A stretch of DNA of 64,000 bases from a virus (IMGVR_UViG_3300030744_000156:1-64000), one strand, 5' to 3'; shown: positions 44,615 to 53,761, numbered from the stretch's first letter. Numbers and translations: made by a program. The notes: generated by a model not told the origin, from the sequence alone.

Positions 44615-46228
44615 TTGTCGAAGTTCAACACCACCAAGACCCGCCCGGCCGTGTCGAGCCCGGTCACCAGCGAGTCCACCCCATCCGCCCGCACCTACGA
44701 GGGCGGCGCCGGCTACGCCCGCGACACGAAGTCCGAGCTGTTCCTGCTCGCCGTCACTCAGTTCGCCGAGGCAACGTTCTACGAGTCCGGCCAGGACCGC
44801 GACAGCCGCTACGCCCAGCTCATCCACGCCGCTGCACTCGCTGACCCGGAGTGGACGGCACGCCTGCTCAGCTGGCTCCGCAACGACGCCAACATGCGCA
44901 CCGCATCCCTCGTCGGCGCCGCCGAGTACGTCAAGGCCCGCCTCGCCGCAGGAGCGGACACGGGCGTCTCCAACCGGGCCGTTATCGACTCCGTGCTGCA
45001 GCGCGCCGACGAGCCCGCCGAACTCCTCGCCTACTGGACCAGCCGCCACGGCCGCAGCATCCCGAAGCCCATCAAGCGTGGTGTCGCCGACGCCGCTCGT
45101 CGGCTCTACGACGAGCGATCCCTGATCAAGTGGGACTCCGACGCCCGCGGCTACCGCTTCGGCGACGTGCTCAACCTCGTCCACCCGGCCCCGCGCGCCG
45201 ACTGGCAGGCCGACCTGTTCACCTACGCCCTCGACCGCCGCTACGACCGGCCGACGAGCGACTGGCCCACCCTGCCGATCCTGCAGCGCCGCCAGGGCCT
45301 GATGGCGACCGAGCTCGACGACCGCCGCGCGCTCTTCGAGGACCCTGCGCGCGCCGCCATCTGCCTCCGCGAGGCGGGGATGACGTGGGAATCGGTCGCC
45401 GGCTGGCTGCAGGCGCCGATGACAAAGGAGGTGTGGGAGGCGCTCGCACCGTCGATGGGTTACATGGCGCTGCTGCGCAACCTGCGCAACTTCGACGAGG
45501 CCGGCGTCTCCGACGAGGTCGCTGCCATCGTCGCGGCGAAGCTCTCCGACCCCGGCCAGGTCGCACGCTCCCGCCAGCTGCCGATGCGGTTCCTCTCCGC
45601 CTACCGCGCCGCGCCCTCCCTGCGATGGGGCCACGCCCTGGATCAGGCGCTCACCCACTCGCTGGCCAACATCCCGCAGTTGTCTGGCCGCACCCTTGTG
45701 CTCGTCGACACCTCGAGCTCCATGGACGCCGGGTTCTCGAAGGACGGCACCCTGATGCGCTGGGATGCCGCTGCGGTGTTCGGTATCGCTCTCGGTGCCC
45801 GATGCGAGTACGCCGACGTCGTGTCGTTCTCCTCCAACCAGCGCTACTGGAACGACCCGGCCGGTGCGAACACCAAGCAGTTCAAGCTCCAGGCCGGCGA
45901 GTCCCTGCTCCGCTCGGTCGACCGATGGAAGAACGGCGGCTACTTCCTCGGCGGCGGCACCGACACCGTCGGCGCCATCCAGCGCCACCTGCGCCCTGGC
46001 TTCCACGACCGGCTCGTCATCGTCACCGACGAGCAGGCGGAACGCGGCGACGTCGGCCGCACCGTGCCCGCAGACCTGCCGCTGTACACGTGGAACCTCG
46101 CTGGCTACCGCCACGGCCACAGCGCCTCAGTCCACAGCAACCGCCACACCTTCGGCGGCCTCACCGATCAGGCCTTCCGGATGATTCCCCTGCTCGAAGC
46201 CGGAAAGAACGCCGCCTGGCCGTTCTGA
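44615..46228 (+). CDS. rsr: Ro60/TROVE-domain RNA-binding protein with C-terminal vWA domain
   Basis: TYEGGAGY..D.KSELFLLAV, MALLRNLRNF, RQLPMRFLSAY, VLVDTSSSM (MIDAS), GGGTD, IVTDEQ, WNLAGY, FGGLTD. Confidence 0.95.
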   Translation: MSKFNTTKTRPAVSSPVTSESTPSARTYEGGAGYARDTKSELFLLAVTQFAEATFYESGQDRDSRYAQLIHAAALADPEWTARLLSWLRNDANMRTASLVGAAEYVKARLAAGADTGVSNRAVIDSVLQRADEPAELLAYWTSRHGRSIPKPIKRGVADAARRLYDERSLIKWDSDARGYRFGDVLNLVHPAPRADWQADLFTYALDRRYDRPTSDWPTLPILQRRQGLMATELDDRRALFEDPARAAICLREAGMTWESVAGWLQAPMTKEVWEALAPSMGYMALLRNLRNFDEAGVSDEVAAIVAAKLSDPGQVARSRQLPMRFLSAYRAAPSLRWGHALDQALTHSLANIPQLSGRTLVLVDTSSSMDAGFSKDGTLMRWDAAAVFGIALGARCEYADVVSFSSNQRYWNDPAGANTKQFKLQAGESLLRSVDRWKNGGYFLGGGTDTVGAIQRHLRPGFHDRLVIVTDEQAERGDVGRTVPADLPLYTWNLAGYRHGHSASVHSNRHTFGGLTDQAFRMIPLLEAGKNAAWPF

Positions 46229-46245
46229 CCCGCTAGCCTCGCCCT

Positions 46246-46318
46246 CGGCCGACCCATGCCCCCCGAGGTCGACCGTCCCACTGCGGCCCCGAATCAGCTG
46301 CCCCCGGTTCGGGGCCGC
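46246..46318 (+). ncRNA. 6C-RNA-like double hairpin
   Basis: Hairpin 1 CGGCCGACC-CATGCCCCCCGA-GGTCGACCG; hairpin 2 GCGGCCCCGAA-TCAGCTGCCCCCGG-TTCGGGGCCGC; -10 TAGCCT at 46234-46239. Confidence 0.6.
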
Positions 46319-46349
46319 CGTCCGGTCTGCCTCTCGCTCAAACCGGACG
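46319..46349. promoter_or_regulatory. Palindromic operator copy
   Basis: CGTCCGGTCT-N11-AAACCGGACG. Confidence 0.72.
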
Positions 46350-46410
46350 CTCTCACCTACAGTCACCACAGTGGACGCATCCGCCGAGCGTCCCGCGTGG
46401 AGGTGCAGCG

Positions 46411-46674
46411 ATGCGGGTGACGACGATCCCCGACGAGGCCGTGTGGGCTGGTGCCCGCCGCGTGGTCGTGGGCCCGCCCGATGGTGACCCGACCGGTGCG
46501 ATTCGCCCTGTTGAGGCCGTGCTGGACGAGTCGCCGAGCATGGGCGTGCCGGTGTTGTCGGTGCGGTGCGCACTGGAGCAGGGCGATCTGGAACGGCTCG
46601 CGGCTGGCGAGCACTTGTGGGTGTCGTTCTACGGCGGCGGCATGCCTCCGTTCTCGGTGGATGTGCGGCCGTGA
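46411..46674 (+). CDS. Hypothetical protein
   Basis: GGAGGTG RBS; ORF track. Confidence 0.6.
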   Translation: MRVTTIPDEAVWAGARRVVVGPPDGDPTGAIRPVEAVLDESPSMGVPVLSVRCALEQGDLERLAAGEHLWVSFYGGGMPPFSVDVRP

Positions 46675-46949
46675 CCGCGCTGACGAGGCTCCCGGCCCTG
46701 CTGGAGCGCATCGACGCGGTCGTGTCCGACGTTGCACTGTGCCGCCGCCGCTACTGCTACGCCGAGGCGTTCAGCTGGCTGCCGTACTGCGAGGCCCATC
46801 AGGAACCCGCGCCGTTCCGGTTCTTCGAGCCGTCGGGCTTCAGCTTCGGCCGGTTCGCGCTCCAGGCTGAGTTCCGGCTCGGGTACGGGATCGGCCTGGC
46901 GGGGCCTTCGTCGCTGTCGCATTTCATCCGTGTCAGCTCGGCGTGCTGA
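46671..46949 (+). CDS. Hypothetical protein
   Basis: GTG start, coupled. Confidence 0.45.
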   Translation: MTALTRLPALLERIDAVVSDVALCRRRYCYAEAFSWLPYCEAHQEPAPFRFFEPSGFSFGRFALQAEFRLGYGIGLAGPSSLSHFIRVSSAC

Positions 46950-47034
46950 GGGGGCAGCTCTGACCGCTCGAACAAGATCGAACTATCGCATATCCGCAGG
47001 TCGCATCCGTACTGACTAGTAACAAGGAGTCGTA

Positions 47035-47277
47035 GTGCTCAACGTCGAGGGCCGTCACACCGCCGTACAGGAGTTCGCGGACGCGTTCGAAACCGGGCAC
47101 CTCCCGCCCGGCCTGCCGAAGGACGTGATGGTCAAGTGCGCCGCCCTGGCGCAGGACCTCATCGACCTGCTGCCCGACGGCCCATGCCTCACCCGCGCGT
47201 TGCACGACCTGTGGCGGTCGAAGAACGAGGCGGTGCTGTACGCGGTGCGGCTCCAGCGCAAGGCGGACGCCTCGTGA
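47035..47277 (+). CDS. Small helical-hairpin phage protein, possibly Acb2/Tad1-hairpin-like
   Basis: F..GHLPP.L...C..LA..L..LLPDGP.LTRALHDLWRSKNEAV; AAGGAG RBS. Confidence 0.5.
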   Translation: MLNVEGRHTAVQEFADAFETGHLPPGLPKDVMVKCAALAQDLIDLLPDGPCLTRALHDLWRSKNEAVLYAVRLQRKADAS

Positions 47278-47468
47278 CCCCGCAGGAAGCCGCCAACCGG
47301 GCGGCAGAGGTGCTGAGCAGGGCGGAGGACATGGCCAAGCCTGGTCGTGTCGTAGACGGCTCCAGTGCGGCGATGGCGCTCGCCACTGTCGCCGACAGCT
47401 GGACGCGGCTGGCTGAAGCGCTGGCCCAGAACCCGATCATGACGTTGGGGTCGGAGGGCACGACGTGA
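47274..47468 (+). CDS. Hypothetical protein
   Basis: GTG start, coupled. Confidence 0.5.
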   Translation: MTPQEAANRAAEVLSRAEDMAKPGRVVDGSSAAMALATVADSWTRLAEALAQNPIMTLGSEGTT

Positions 47469-47857
47469 GCGGCATCGTGCACATCGTCGGCACCGTCGTG
47501 GACGTCGGCACCCGCACCCGCCAGGTCTGCGCCTGGTGCGGCACGCTCCTGCTCGACGTCGACCGGACCCGTGGTGCCGCCGAGACCAGACATGACCCGG
47601 AGCCTCCGCACTTCCTGCCCGGCGAGCTACTGCGCGTAGACGGGAACATGTCCGTGGTCGTCGACCACAAGGACGGAGACGACCTGCCCGACAACGCGTG
47701 CGCTCTGATTGTTCCGGCCGTGTCCGCTGATCGTCGGGCGCTTGAGATCGCAGACCGCATCGCCGCCGAGGAGCCAACCGCAGGCGCGGGGCGCGTGACG
47801 CGCAGGTTCCTCGCTGCACTGCTGGACGCCGGGCTGATCACGCAGAAGGTGTCGTGA
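47465..47857 (+). CDS. Hypothetical protein (zinc-ribbon-like)
   Basis: QVCAWCG; ORF track. Confidence 0.55.
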   Translation: MSGIVHIVGTVVDVGTRTRQVCAWCGTLLLDVDRTRGAAETRHDPEPPHFLPGELLRVDGNMSVVVDHKDGDDLPDNACALIVPAVSADRRALEIADRIAAEEPTAGAGRVTRRFLAALLDAGLITQKVS

Positions 47858-48219
47858 TGGACGGCATCGTCATCAAAGGCGACCCGGTACCGCGCAGGCA
47901 GCGCTGGCACTTCGCCCAGTCCGTCGTGCGTGAGATCGCAGACGAGGACCCCGACACGCTCGACATCGTCGAGCAGATGCTCCGCGACCACGCCGAGGCT
48001 AAGAACGCCGAACAGGGCCTGAAGGTCGTCTCCGACACCGGCATCGAGTGGTTCGAGTCCCCGAACCGTGACCCCGAGTTCGACGAGGCCCGCCGGTTCC
48101 TTTCCGAGCGGGCGTGGACGCGCGGCGAGCCGATCGAGTTCGACTACCTGTTCTGCCGGCTGTCGGGCGAGTCCATCGCGCCGAGCGGGACCCCGCCCAC
48201 CGAGGAGCCAGCCCCGTGA
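47854..48219 (+). CDS. Hypothetical protein
   Basis: ORF track, coupled. Confidence 0.55.
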   Translation: MMDGIVIKGDPVPRRQRWHFAQSVVREIADEDPDTLDIVEQMLRDHAEAKNAEQGLKVVSDTGIEWFESPNRDPEFDEARRFLSERAWTRGEPIEFDYLFCRLSGESIAPSGTPPTEEPAP

Positions 48220-48533
48220 CCCGCGCCGACTTCAAGATCTGCGCCCGCGCCGTGCTCGACAGCGGGCGGGCCGTCACCGTCGTGCCCACGTCGCCGCAGG
48301 TTCCACGTGACGAGATCAACGTGATGGACGCGACGGGCAGCGTGCAAACCGTGCGCGTGGACCGGTTGCGACACGAGGACACTGCGGCGTGGCCGTCGTC
48401 AGGCACGTGCGGTGCGTGCCAGCACAAGGCGTCCCGGACCGGAGAGCCGTGGGCCAACCAGTACCGGTGCGGGGAGGGCTGCTGCTGCACCATGCAGGGC
48501 TGCTGTCCTGGCAAGACCACGCAGGAGGCGTGA
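48216..48533 (+). CDS. Hypothetical Cys-rich protein
   Basis: GTG start, coupled. Confidence 0.5.
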   Translation: MTRADFKICARAVLDSGRAVTVVPTSPQVPRDEINVMDATGSVQTVRVDRLRHEDTAAWPSSGTCGACQHKASRTGEPWANQYRCGEGCCCTMQGCCPGKTTQEA

Positions 48534-48964
48534 TGGCCACCTGCGGCGAACTGTCCCCAAACGTCAAGAACATGCCCTGCTCGGCGCTGGACCGGCCAGG
48601 CCCGTGCCGGTGCATCAACGACTCGCGGCACGAGGACGACCACCAGTGCAGGTGCGGCGACGAGTGGCCGAGCCGCACCCAACGCGAACTCGTCGACCTG
48701 ATCGAGCGCGCCACCGTTGTCGAGGTCCGGCCGGGCGACCTGCTCCTGTTCGAGGCCAGCAACACGATGACCGATGCCGAGATCGAGCACTTCGAGACGG
48801 CCATGCGCGACCACATCTCCAGTGGCATCCGGGTCGCCGTGCTGGAGCACGTCCGGTTCGCGGCCGTCATCCGGCACGAGCACGCGAAGAAGCCCCATGA
48901 GCGCAGCGACGAGGCGTTCGGCCTCGACCCCGAAGGAGGCGACACCCAGTGCAGAGTGGACTGA
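48533..48964 (+). CDS. Hypothetical protein, Cys/His-rich N-terminus
   Basis: GGAGG RBS; TGATG coupling. Confidence 0.55.
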   Translation: MATCGELSPNVKNMPCSALDRPGPCRCINDSRHEDDHQCRCGDEWPSRTQRELVDLIERATVVEVRPGDLLLFEASNTMTDAEIEHFETAMRDHISSGIRVAVLEHVRFAAVIRHEHAKKPHERSDEAFGLDPEGGDTQCRVD

Positions 48965-49167
48965 TCCCCACCGGCGACGACCGGTGCTACGTGCTGTTCG
49001 GGCCCGACAACTGCCCCGACAGCGGCCAGTCGTGCACGTGCATCAACCCGAAGGGCCACAAGGACCGCGACCCCGGCGGCACGCACGGCTGCCACTGCGG
49101 ACGCCGCTGGAACGGCACCACCGACGAGGTCGACCCGCCGGGATGGGGGCAGGTGGTCAGCCCGTGA
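48949..49167 (+). CDS. Small Cys/His-rich protein
   Basis: CTCINPKGH...HGCHCGRRW; resembles the N-terminus of the preceding gene. Confidence 0.5.
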   Translation: MQSGLIPTGDDRCYVLFGPDNCPDSGQSCTCINPKGHKDRDPGGTHGCHCGRRWNGTTDEVDPPGWGQVVSP

Positions 49168-49571
49168 CCACGGGAGCGTCGGCCGACGACGAGATGGTGC
49201 GTCGCGTCGCAGAGGCCATGGGGCACAAAGACTCCGGTCTGGCCGACGCGTTCGGCGGCTACCTTTGTGCTTGCGAGCGAGCGTCGTGGCTTCATCTGAA
49301 GGAGTTCGGCTACCGCGGTGGCTGCACATCTGGGTGGGCTGATGCACGGGCCGCCCTAGCGGCGATTCAGCCTGGCGGCATCATCTGCATCCCCGGAACG
49401 ATCACCGACGAGGACTTCGCGCGGCTCGAACATCGTTGGCGCTGGGCGGTCAAGGAGCAGGGCAACGCGCTGCGGGTCCTCAACGACGACGGCACGCACG
49501 GCAGGTGGCTCGGTCGCCGCCCGCCGTCGTGGAAGCGCGCCTACTACCGCGTCCGGAGGTGGTTGGCGTGA
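49164..49571 (+). CDS. Hypothetical protein
   Basis: GTG start, coupled. Confidence 0.5.
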   Translation: MTTGASADDEMVRRVAEAMGHKDSGLADAFGGYLCACERASWLHLKEFGYRGGCTSGWADARAALAAIQPGGIICIPGTITDEDFARLEHRWRWAVKEQGNALRVLNDDGTHGRWLGRRPPSWKRAYYRVRRWLA

Positions 49572-49870
49572 GCCTCACCAACGACATCATCGGCCTGCAC
49601 GACGGCCGGACCTTGCTCGTCCACCCACCATCCGCGTGCGAGAACACAGCGTGCTGCGTGCACAACCCGAGCACGCACCCGCTCAACACCGCACCGCTCT
49701 CCTGGAACGCCTTCACCCGCACGATGGAACGGACGTGCCAGCACGACGCCACTCACCCTGACCCGGACGACCTCGCTTACAAGCGCAGCGCGCTCGGCGC
49801 CGACTTCGCGAGGCACTTCGAGTTCCACAACTGCTGCGGCTGGCGCTGCTGCAAGGACGTGACGCCGTGA
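49568..49870 (+). CDS. Actinophage hypothetical protein (Cys/His metal-binding)
   Basis: VHPPSAC...CCVHNPS.HPL...MERTCQH..THPDPDD. Confidence 0.65.
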   Translation: MSLTNDIIGLHDGRTLLVHPPSACENTACCVHNPSTHPLNTAPLSWNAFTRTMERTCQHDATHPDPDDLAYKRSALGADFARHFEFHNCCGWRCCKDVTP

Positions 49871-50418
49871 CCGCGCGCCGCAACCCCGGAGCGTCGGCCC
49901 CGGTCCCTATCGTGAAGACCGCCACGAACGAGGAGACCACCCCGCCACAACGAAGGGTGGACCTCGGCATGGACGAACTCGCGGCACGAACCACAGTGGA
50001 CGCACACGCTCAGACCACGGTCACGACACCAGTTCGGCGCCTCGCTAGAGCACGGATCACCTCGACACCGGCAGGCGACGTCGCGCACGTGCAGTACACC
50101 AACCCCTATCGCACGCCCGCCGACGCCCGCCCCGATGCCGGCGCGTTCCTCAGCATCGGCCACCTCAACGACCTGCCCTGGTACCGCGCCGACCAGCCGC
50201 CCGCCCGGCACGACTGCTGGCGGCAGTCATGGCACACCGACACGGACGGGTACCTGTGGCTCGAACGCTGCCCCTGCGGGGGCTTGCGCACCTACCGCGA
50301 AGGACAACCAACCACGCTGTGGTGGGTCGCCCGCAACAGCCGCGCCACCGGCCGTGTCCTTTCCCCCTCAATCATCCGACGCGCCTGCACGTGGCTACGG
50401 CAGAAGGGCAGACCATGA
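49867..50418 (+). CDS. Hypothetical protein
   Basis: ORF track; H.CWRQS...ERCPCGG. Confidence 0.55.
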   Translation: MTARRNPGASAPVPIVKTATNEETTPPQRRVDLGMDELAARTTVDAHAQTTVTTPVRRLARARITSTPAGDVAHVQYTNPYRTPADARPDAGAFLSIGHLNDLPWYRADQPPARHDCWRQSWHTDTDGYLWLERCPCGGLRTYREGQPTTLWWVARNSRATGRVLSPSIIRRACTWLRQKGRP

Positions 50419-50651
50419 GCGACCTCCCCGAACGGCCACAGCCCATCACCGACGTGTACCTGCAAATCGCAGGCCACGAAGAGTGGATCCTCATCTCCCA
50501 GTACGGCGACCGCTCCAGCATCACCGGCTGCTTCGGCCCGTTCAACGACGAACAAGCCGCGCTCGACGCCAAAGCACCCCTGCTGGAGGCGGGCATCGAT
50601 GGCACCTTGTGGCAGGCGCTGCCGCTGAAGAAAGTCATCACCGAACCATGA
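50415..50651 (+). CDS. Hypothetical protein
   Basis: ATG start, coupled. Confidence 0.55.
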   Translation: MSDLPERPQPITDVYLQIAGHEEWILISQYGDRSSITGCFGPFNDEQAALDAKAPLLEAGIDGTLWQALPLKKVITEP

Positions 50652-50676
50652 CCGGCCGCAACGCACGGCGGGATCG

Positions 50677-50787
50677 ATGAGGCGCGGCACCCCACAGCCC
50701 GGCTGGCTGCTCGCCGGGGCACTCGCCGCCCTCTTCGCTGCGGTCGCTCTCATCGGCGTGCTGCTCGCCTGGTGGATCATGGGATGA
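50677..50787 (+). CDS. Tiny single-TM peptide (not in ORF track)
   Basis: MRRGTPQPGWLLAGALAALFAAVALIGVLLAWWIMG read from sequence. Confidence 0.4.
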   Translation: MRRGTPQPGWLLAGALAALFAAVALIGVLLAWWIMG

Positions 50788-50832
50788 CCAGGCCAACGCT
50801 CGCCAATCAACCGACGTCAGGGAGGTGACCTA

Positions 50833-51399
50833 ATGCAAGCCAACGGCGAACACAAGCCTCGCTGCAACGGCACGACCAGGAAGAAAAAGCCCTGCACCAA
50901 CCCGCCCGTGCATGGCGCGACGGTGTGTCGCATGCACGGCGGCGCCGCCCCCCAGGTGATCGCGAAAGCACAGGAACGCATCGCCGAGCAGCAGGCACGG
51001 AAAGCACTCGGCAAGCTGGACGACGTCCTCGGCCCCGCCCAGCCAGTCACCAACCCACTCATGGCGCTCTCACTGATCGCCGGAGAAGCGCTGCGCTGGA
51101 AGGAAGTGATCGCCGAACGCGTCGCCCGCCTCCAGGAGATCCGCTACACCGACGCCAAGGGCAGCGAACAGATGCGGGCGGAGATCGCAGTGTTCGAACG
51201 CGCCCTCGACCGCTGCTCCACCGTCCTCGCGAACATCGTCCGCCTCAACATCGACGAACGCCTCGCCACCATCACCGACCGGCAAGGCCACATCCTCGCC
51301 GGAGTCATCACGTCGGTGCTCGAGCAACTCGACCTCGGCGACCAGCTCGACCGGGTCCGGGAACTGATCGCCGTCGAGCTCGAGCGGCTGGACGCCTAG
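50833..51399 (+). CDS. Terminase small subunit-like (HGGxSTG-type) protein
   Basis: RCNGTTRKKKPCTNPP..GATVCRMHGG; GGGAGGTG RBS; immediately upstream of terL. Confidence 0.75.
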   Translation: MQANGEHKPRCNGTTRKKKPCTNPPVHGATVCRMHGGAAPQVIAKAQERIAEQQARKALGKLDDVLGPAQPVTNPLMALSLIAGEALRWKEVIAERVARLQEIRYTDAKGSEQMRAEIAVFERALDRCSTVLANIVRLNIDERLATITDRQGHILAGVITSVLEQLDLGDQLDRVRELIAVELERLDA

Positions 51400-51402
51400 A
51401 CC

Positions 51403-52806
51403 GTGGGCGTGTTCGCAGCGGCAGCCGCAGCGCTGCGGCCACGCGCCTACGTGACCGATCCGATCGGCTGGGTGAAGGGCAAGCTGTCGCAGATCGTCTG
51501 GTCGAAGCAGCGGCAGATCCTTGAGTCCATTCGCGACAACCGCAAGACCGCGGTCCGCTCCTGCCACGGCGTCGGCAAAAGCTGGACCGCGGCACTCGCC
51601 GCCAGCTGGTGGCTCGACACCCACGAGCCCGGCACGGCATTCGTCGTGACGACGGCGCCGACGTTTCGGCAGGTTCGGGCGATCCTGTGGCGGTACATCC
51701 GCCGCGTCCACAAGGTCGGCAAGCTGCCTGGCCGGGTCAACCAGACCGAGTGGCATCTCGGCGACGAGCTCGTCGCGTTCGGTTCGAAGCCCGCGGACCA
51801 CGACGAGTCCGCCTTCCAGGGCATTCACGCGCAGTTCGTGCTGGTCATCGTCGATGAGGCGTGTGGCGTGCCTGAGCAACTGTGGGTGGCGGCGGACGCG
51901 CTCACCACGAACACGGACTGTCGGATCCTCGCGATCGGCAACCCGGACAACCCCGCCTCGCACTTCCGGAAGGTGTGCGCTGGTGGTTCAGGCTGGAACG
52001 TCATCGGCATCAGCGCCTTCGACTCGCCGAACCTGACTGGCGAGGAGGTGCCCAACGAGGTCGCGCAGGCCCTGGTGTCGCGGGAATGGGTGGAGGAGAA
52101 GAAACGCGAGTGGGGCGAGGACAACCCGCTGTACCTGGCGAAGGTGCTCGGCGAGTTCGCTTCGGACCACCCGAACCAGGTGGTGCGGCAGTCCGACGTG
52201 TACGTGTGCCGGCAGCCTGCCGAGACGCCACTGGCCGACGAGGATCTCCTGCCGGTCGAGCTCGGCGTCGACGTCGGCGGCGGCGGGGACGAGACAGTGA
52301 TCCGGGAACGCCGCGGACGGCTGGTCGGCCGGGAGTGGCGGGCGCTCACCGACAGGCCCGAGAAGATCGCGCCGATGGTGTTGGCCGCGATCAAGGAATC
52401 CGGCGCGACCGACGTGAAGGTCGACTCCATCGGCATCGGGTTCGGCGTCATCGGCGAGCTCCGCAACATGGCCGGCAACAAGCTGCACAGTGCGCACATC
52501 ACCGCAGTGAACGTGGCGGAGAAGTCGTCGGAGCCGGACAAGTTCATCAACCTGCGCGCAGAGCTGTGGTGGCAGCTCGGCCGCGGCCTGTCTGAGCGGC
52601 ATGGCTGGGACCTGTCGACGATGGACAACGCGGATGCCACGGTCGCCCAGTTGCTGGAGCCCCGGTGGGAGATCGATGCGCAGGGCCGGATCAAGGTCGA
52701 GAAGAAGGACGATGTGCGAGCGCGGCTGGGGCGCAGCCCAGACAACGCTGATGCGCTGCTGCTGGCGTTCTACCGCGGCGAACGGACACGCCTGCGGTGG
52801 ATCTAG
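51403..52806 (+). CDS. terL: Terminase large subunit
   Basis: RSCHGVGKS, TAPT..QV, VIVDEA, IGNP, LGVDVGGGGDET, SPDNADA. Confidence 0.93.
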   Translation: MGVFAAAAAALRPRAYVTDPIGWVKGKLSQIVWSKQRQILESIRDNRKTAVRSCHGVGKSWTAALAASWWLDTHEPGTAFVVTTAPTFRQVRAILWRYIRRVHKVGKLPGRVNQTEWHLGDELVAFGSKPADHDESAFQGIHAQFVLVIVDEACGVPEQLWVAADALTTNTDCRILAIGNPDNPASHFRKVCAGGSGWNVIGISAFDSPNLTGEEVPNEVAQALVSREWVEEKKREWGEDNPLYLAKVLGEFASDHPNQVVRQSDVYVCRQPAETPLADEDLLPVELGVDVGGGGDETVIRERRGRLVGREWRALTDRPEKIAPMVLAAIKESGATDVKVDSIGIGFGVIGELRNMAGNKLHSAHITAVNVAEKSSEPDKFINLRAELWWQLGRGLSERHGWDLSTMDNADATVAQLLEPRWEIDAQGRIKVEKKDDVRARLGRSPDNADALLLAFYRGERTRLRWI

Positions 52807-53051
52807 AACTGCCGCCGCCTCGACGCTTCGGTCACGGCGGCGCGGATCTTCATCTGTAACTCGGTGGCCTCGTGCATCGACAGCGGCAGCGGCTCGCCGT
52901 TCGGCGGCGGCAGGATCACGACCTCGCCGCGGTCGTTGACGGCTGCGCCGATGTTGAACTGGGTGTCGCGTCGGCGGACGGTGAGCAGGAAGCTGGCGAC
53001 GTACTCGCGCACGATGTTTCCTCGGGCGTGCAGATCGGACACCACGAGCAT
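52803..53051 (-). CDS. Small hypothetical protein (similar to 36634..36846)
   Basis: ORF track; counter-oriented inside the late region. Confidence 0.55.
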   Translation of the reverse strand: MLVVSDLHARGNIVREYVASFLLTVRRRDTQFNIGAAVNDRGEVVILPPPNGEPLPLSMHEATELQMKIRAAVTEASRRRQF

Positions 53052-53196
53052 GGCCCTGAGCTTGCGGTGGGAATGGAGACGGCGCCACAGCGGGCAGCAC
53101 GGAACGGGATGCCTTTGAAGACGAAGCAGATCGGGGCTGGGTCGACGAGATGCTTCAGTCTTCGGAACACGCCTCGCCCGAGCTGCGGCGGGCCTT

Positions 53197-53574
53197 CTAC
53201 GGCGTCCACAGCGCAGGCGCGTTGCCGACGACCAGCTGCGGTGCGAGCCGCGTGTCTGGTGCTGGCAGCGTCATGAGTCTCTCGACGACCTCGGCCAGGG
53301 TGCCGCTGTATTCCCACACGATCTCAGGGTTCGTGTGTCGGTCTGCGGGGACGCGGATCCGGATGCCGAGCGCGTCGGTCTCTTCGCGGACGCGGATGCA
53401 GTCGCGCCACCCATGCGGCCATCGTTTGAAGCCTTCGAGCGCCATGATGTTCGCGACACCCCGCAACGGCAGGAACTTCCAGCCTGCGTCGGGGAGCAGC
53501 GCGAGGCCTTTCAGGCAGGGGTAGAGCTCTATCGCTTGGGCTGAGGTGAACGTCTGGGTAGGCACGTCGGTCAT
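53197..53574 (-). CDS. Actinomycete hypothetical protein
   Basis: ATG after GGAGG RBS; L..L.DAGW.F...GF..W..GW.D.I....G....V+.L..LP.P. Confidence 0.6.
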   Translation of the reverse strand: MTDVPTQTFTSAQAIELYPCLKGLALLPDAGWKFLPLRGVANIMALEGFKRWPHGWRDCIRVREETDALGIRIRVPADRHTNPEIVWEYSGTLAEVVERLMTLPAPDTRLAPQLVVGNAPALWTP

Positions 53575-53761
53575 GCGCGGGCCTCCGGTGGTCGTCATGT
53601 GTGCTGCGCCGGGCACTCCCACCCGACATGATCAGTGTCGGCACTCTTGACCTGCGACAACACAGCGGCAAAGGCGCAGCTCGCAGTAACCTTGGAGGGT
53701 TACCCGGCGTAAAAAGCAGAGAAGGACCCGGCGTTCATTCTGCCCAGTACCCTGCTTAGCT

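Noticed and set aside
53120-53160. Duplicated 3' end of the tRNA-like gene marking the far boundary of the NUDIX/XRE moron
   Set aside because: Only a weak gapped similarity (GCTGG..GACGAG) was found, too short to call an att repeat.
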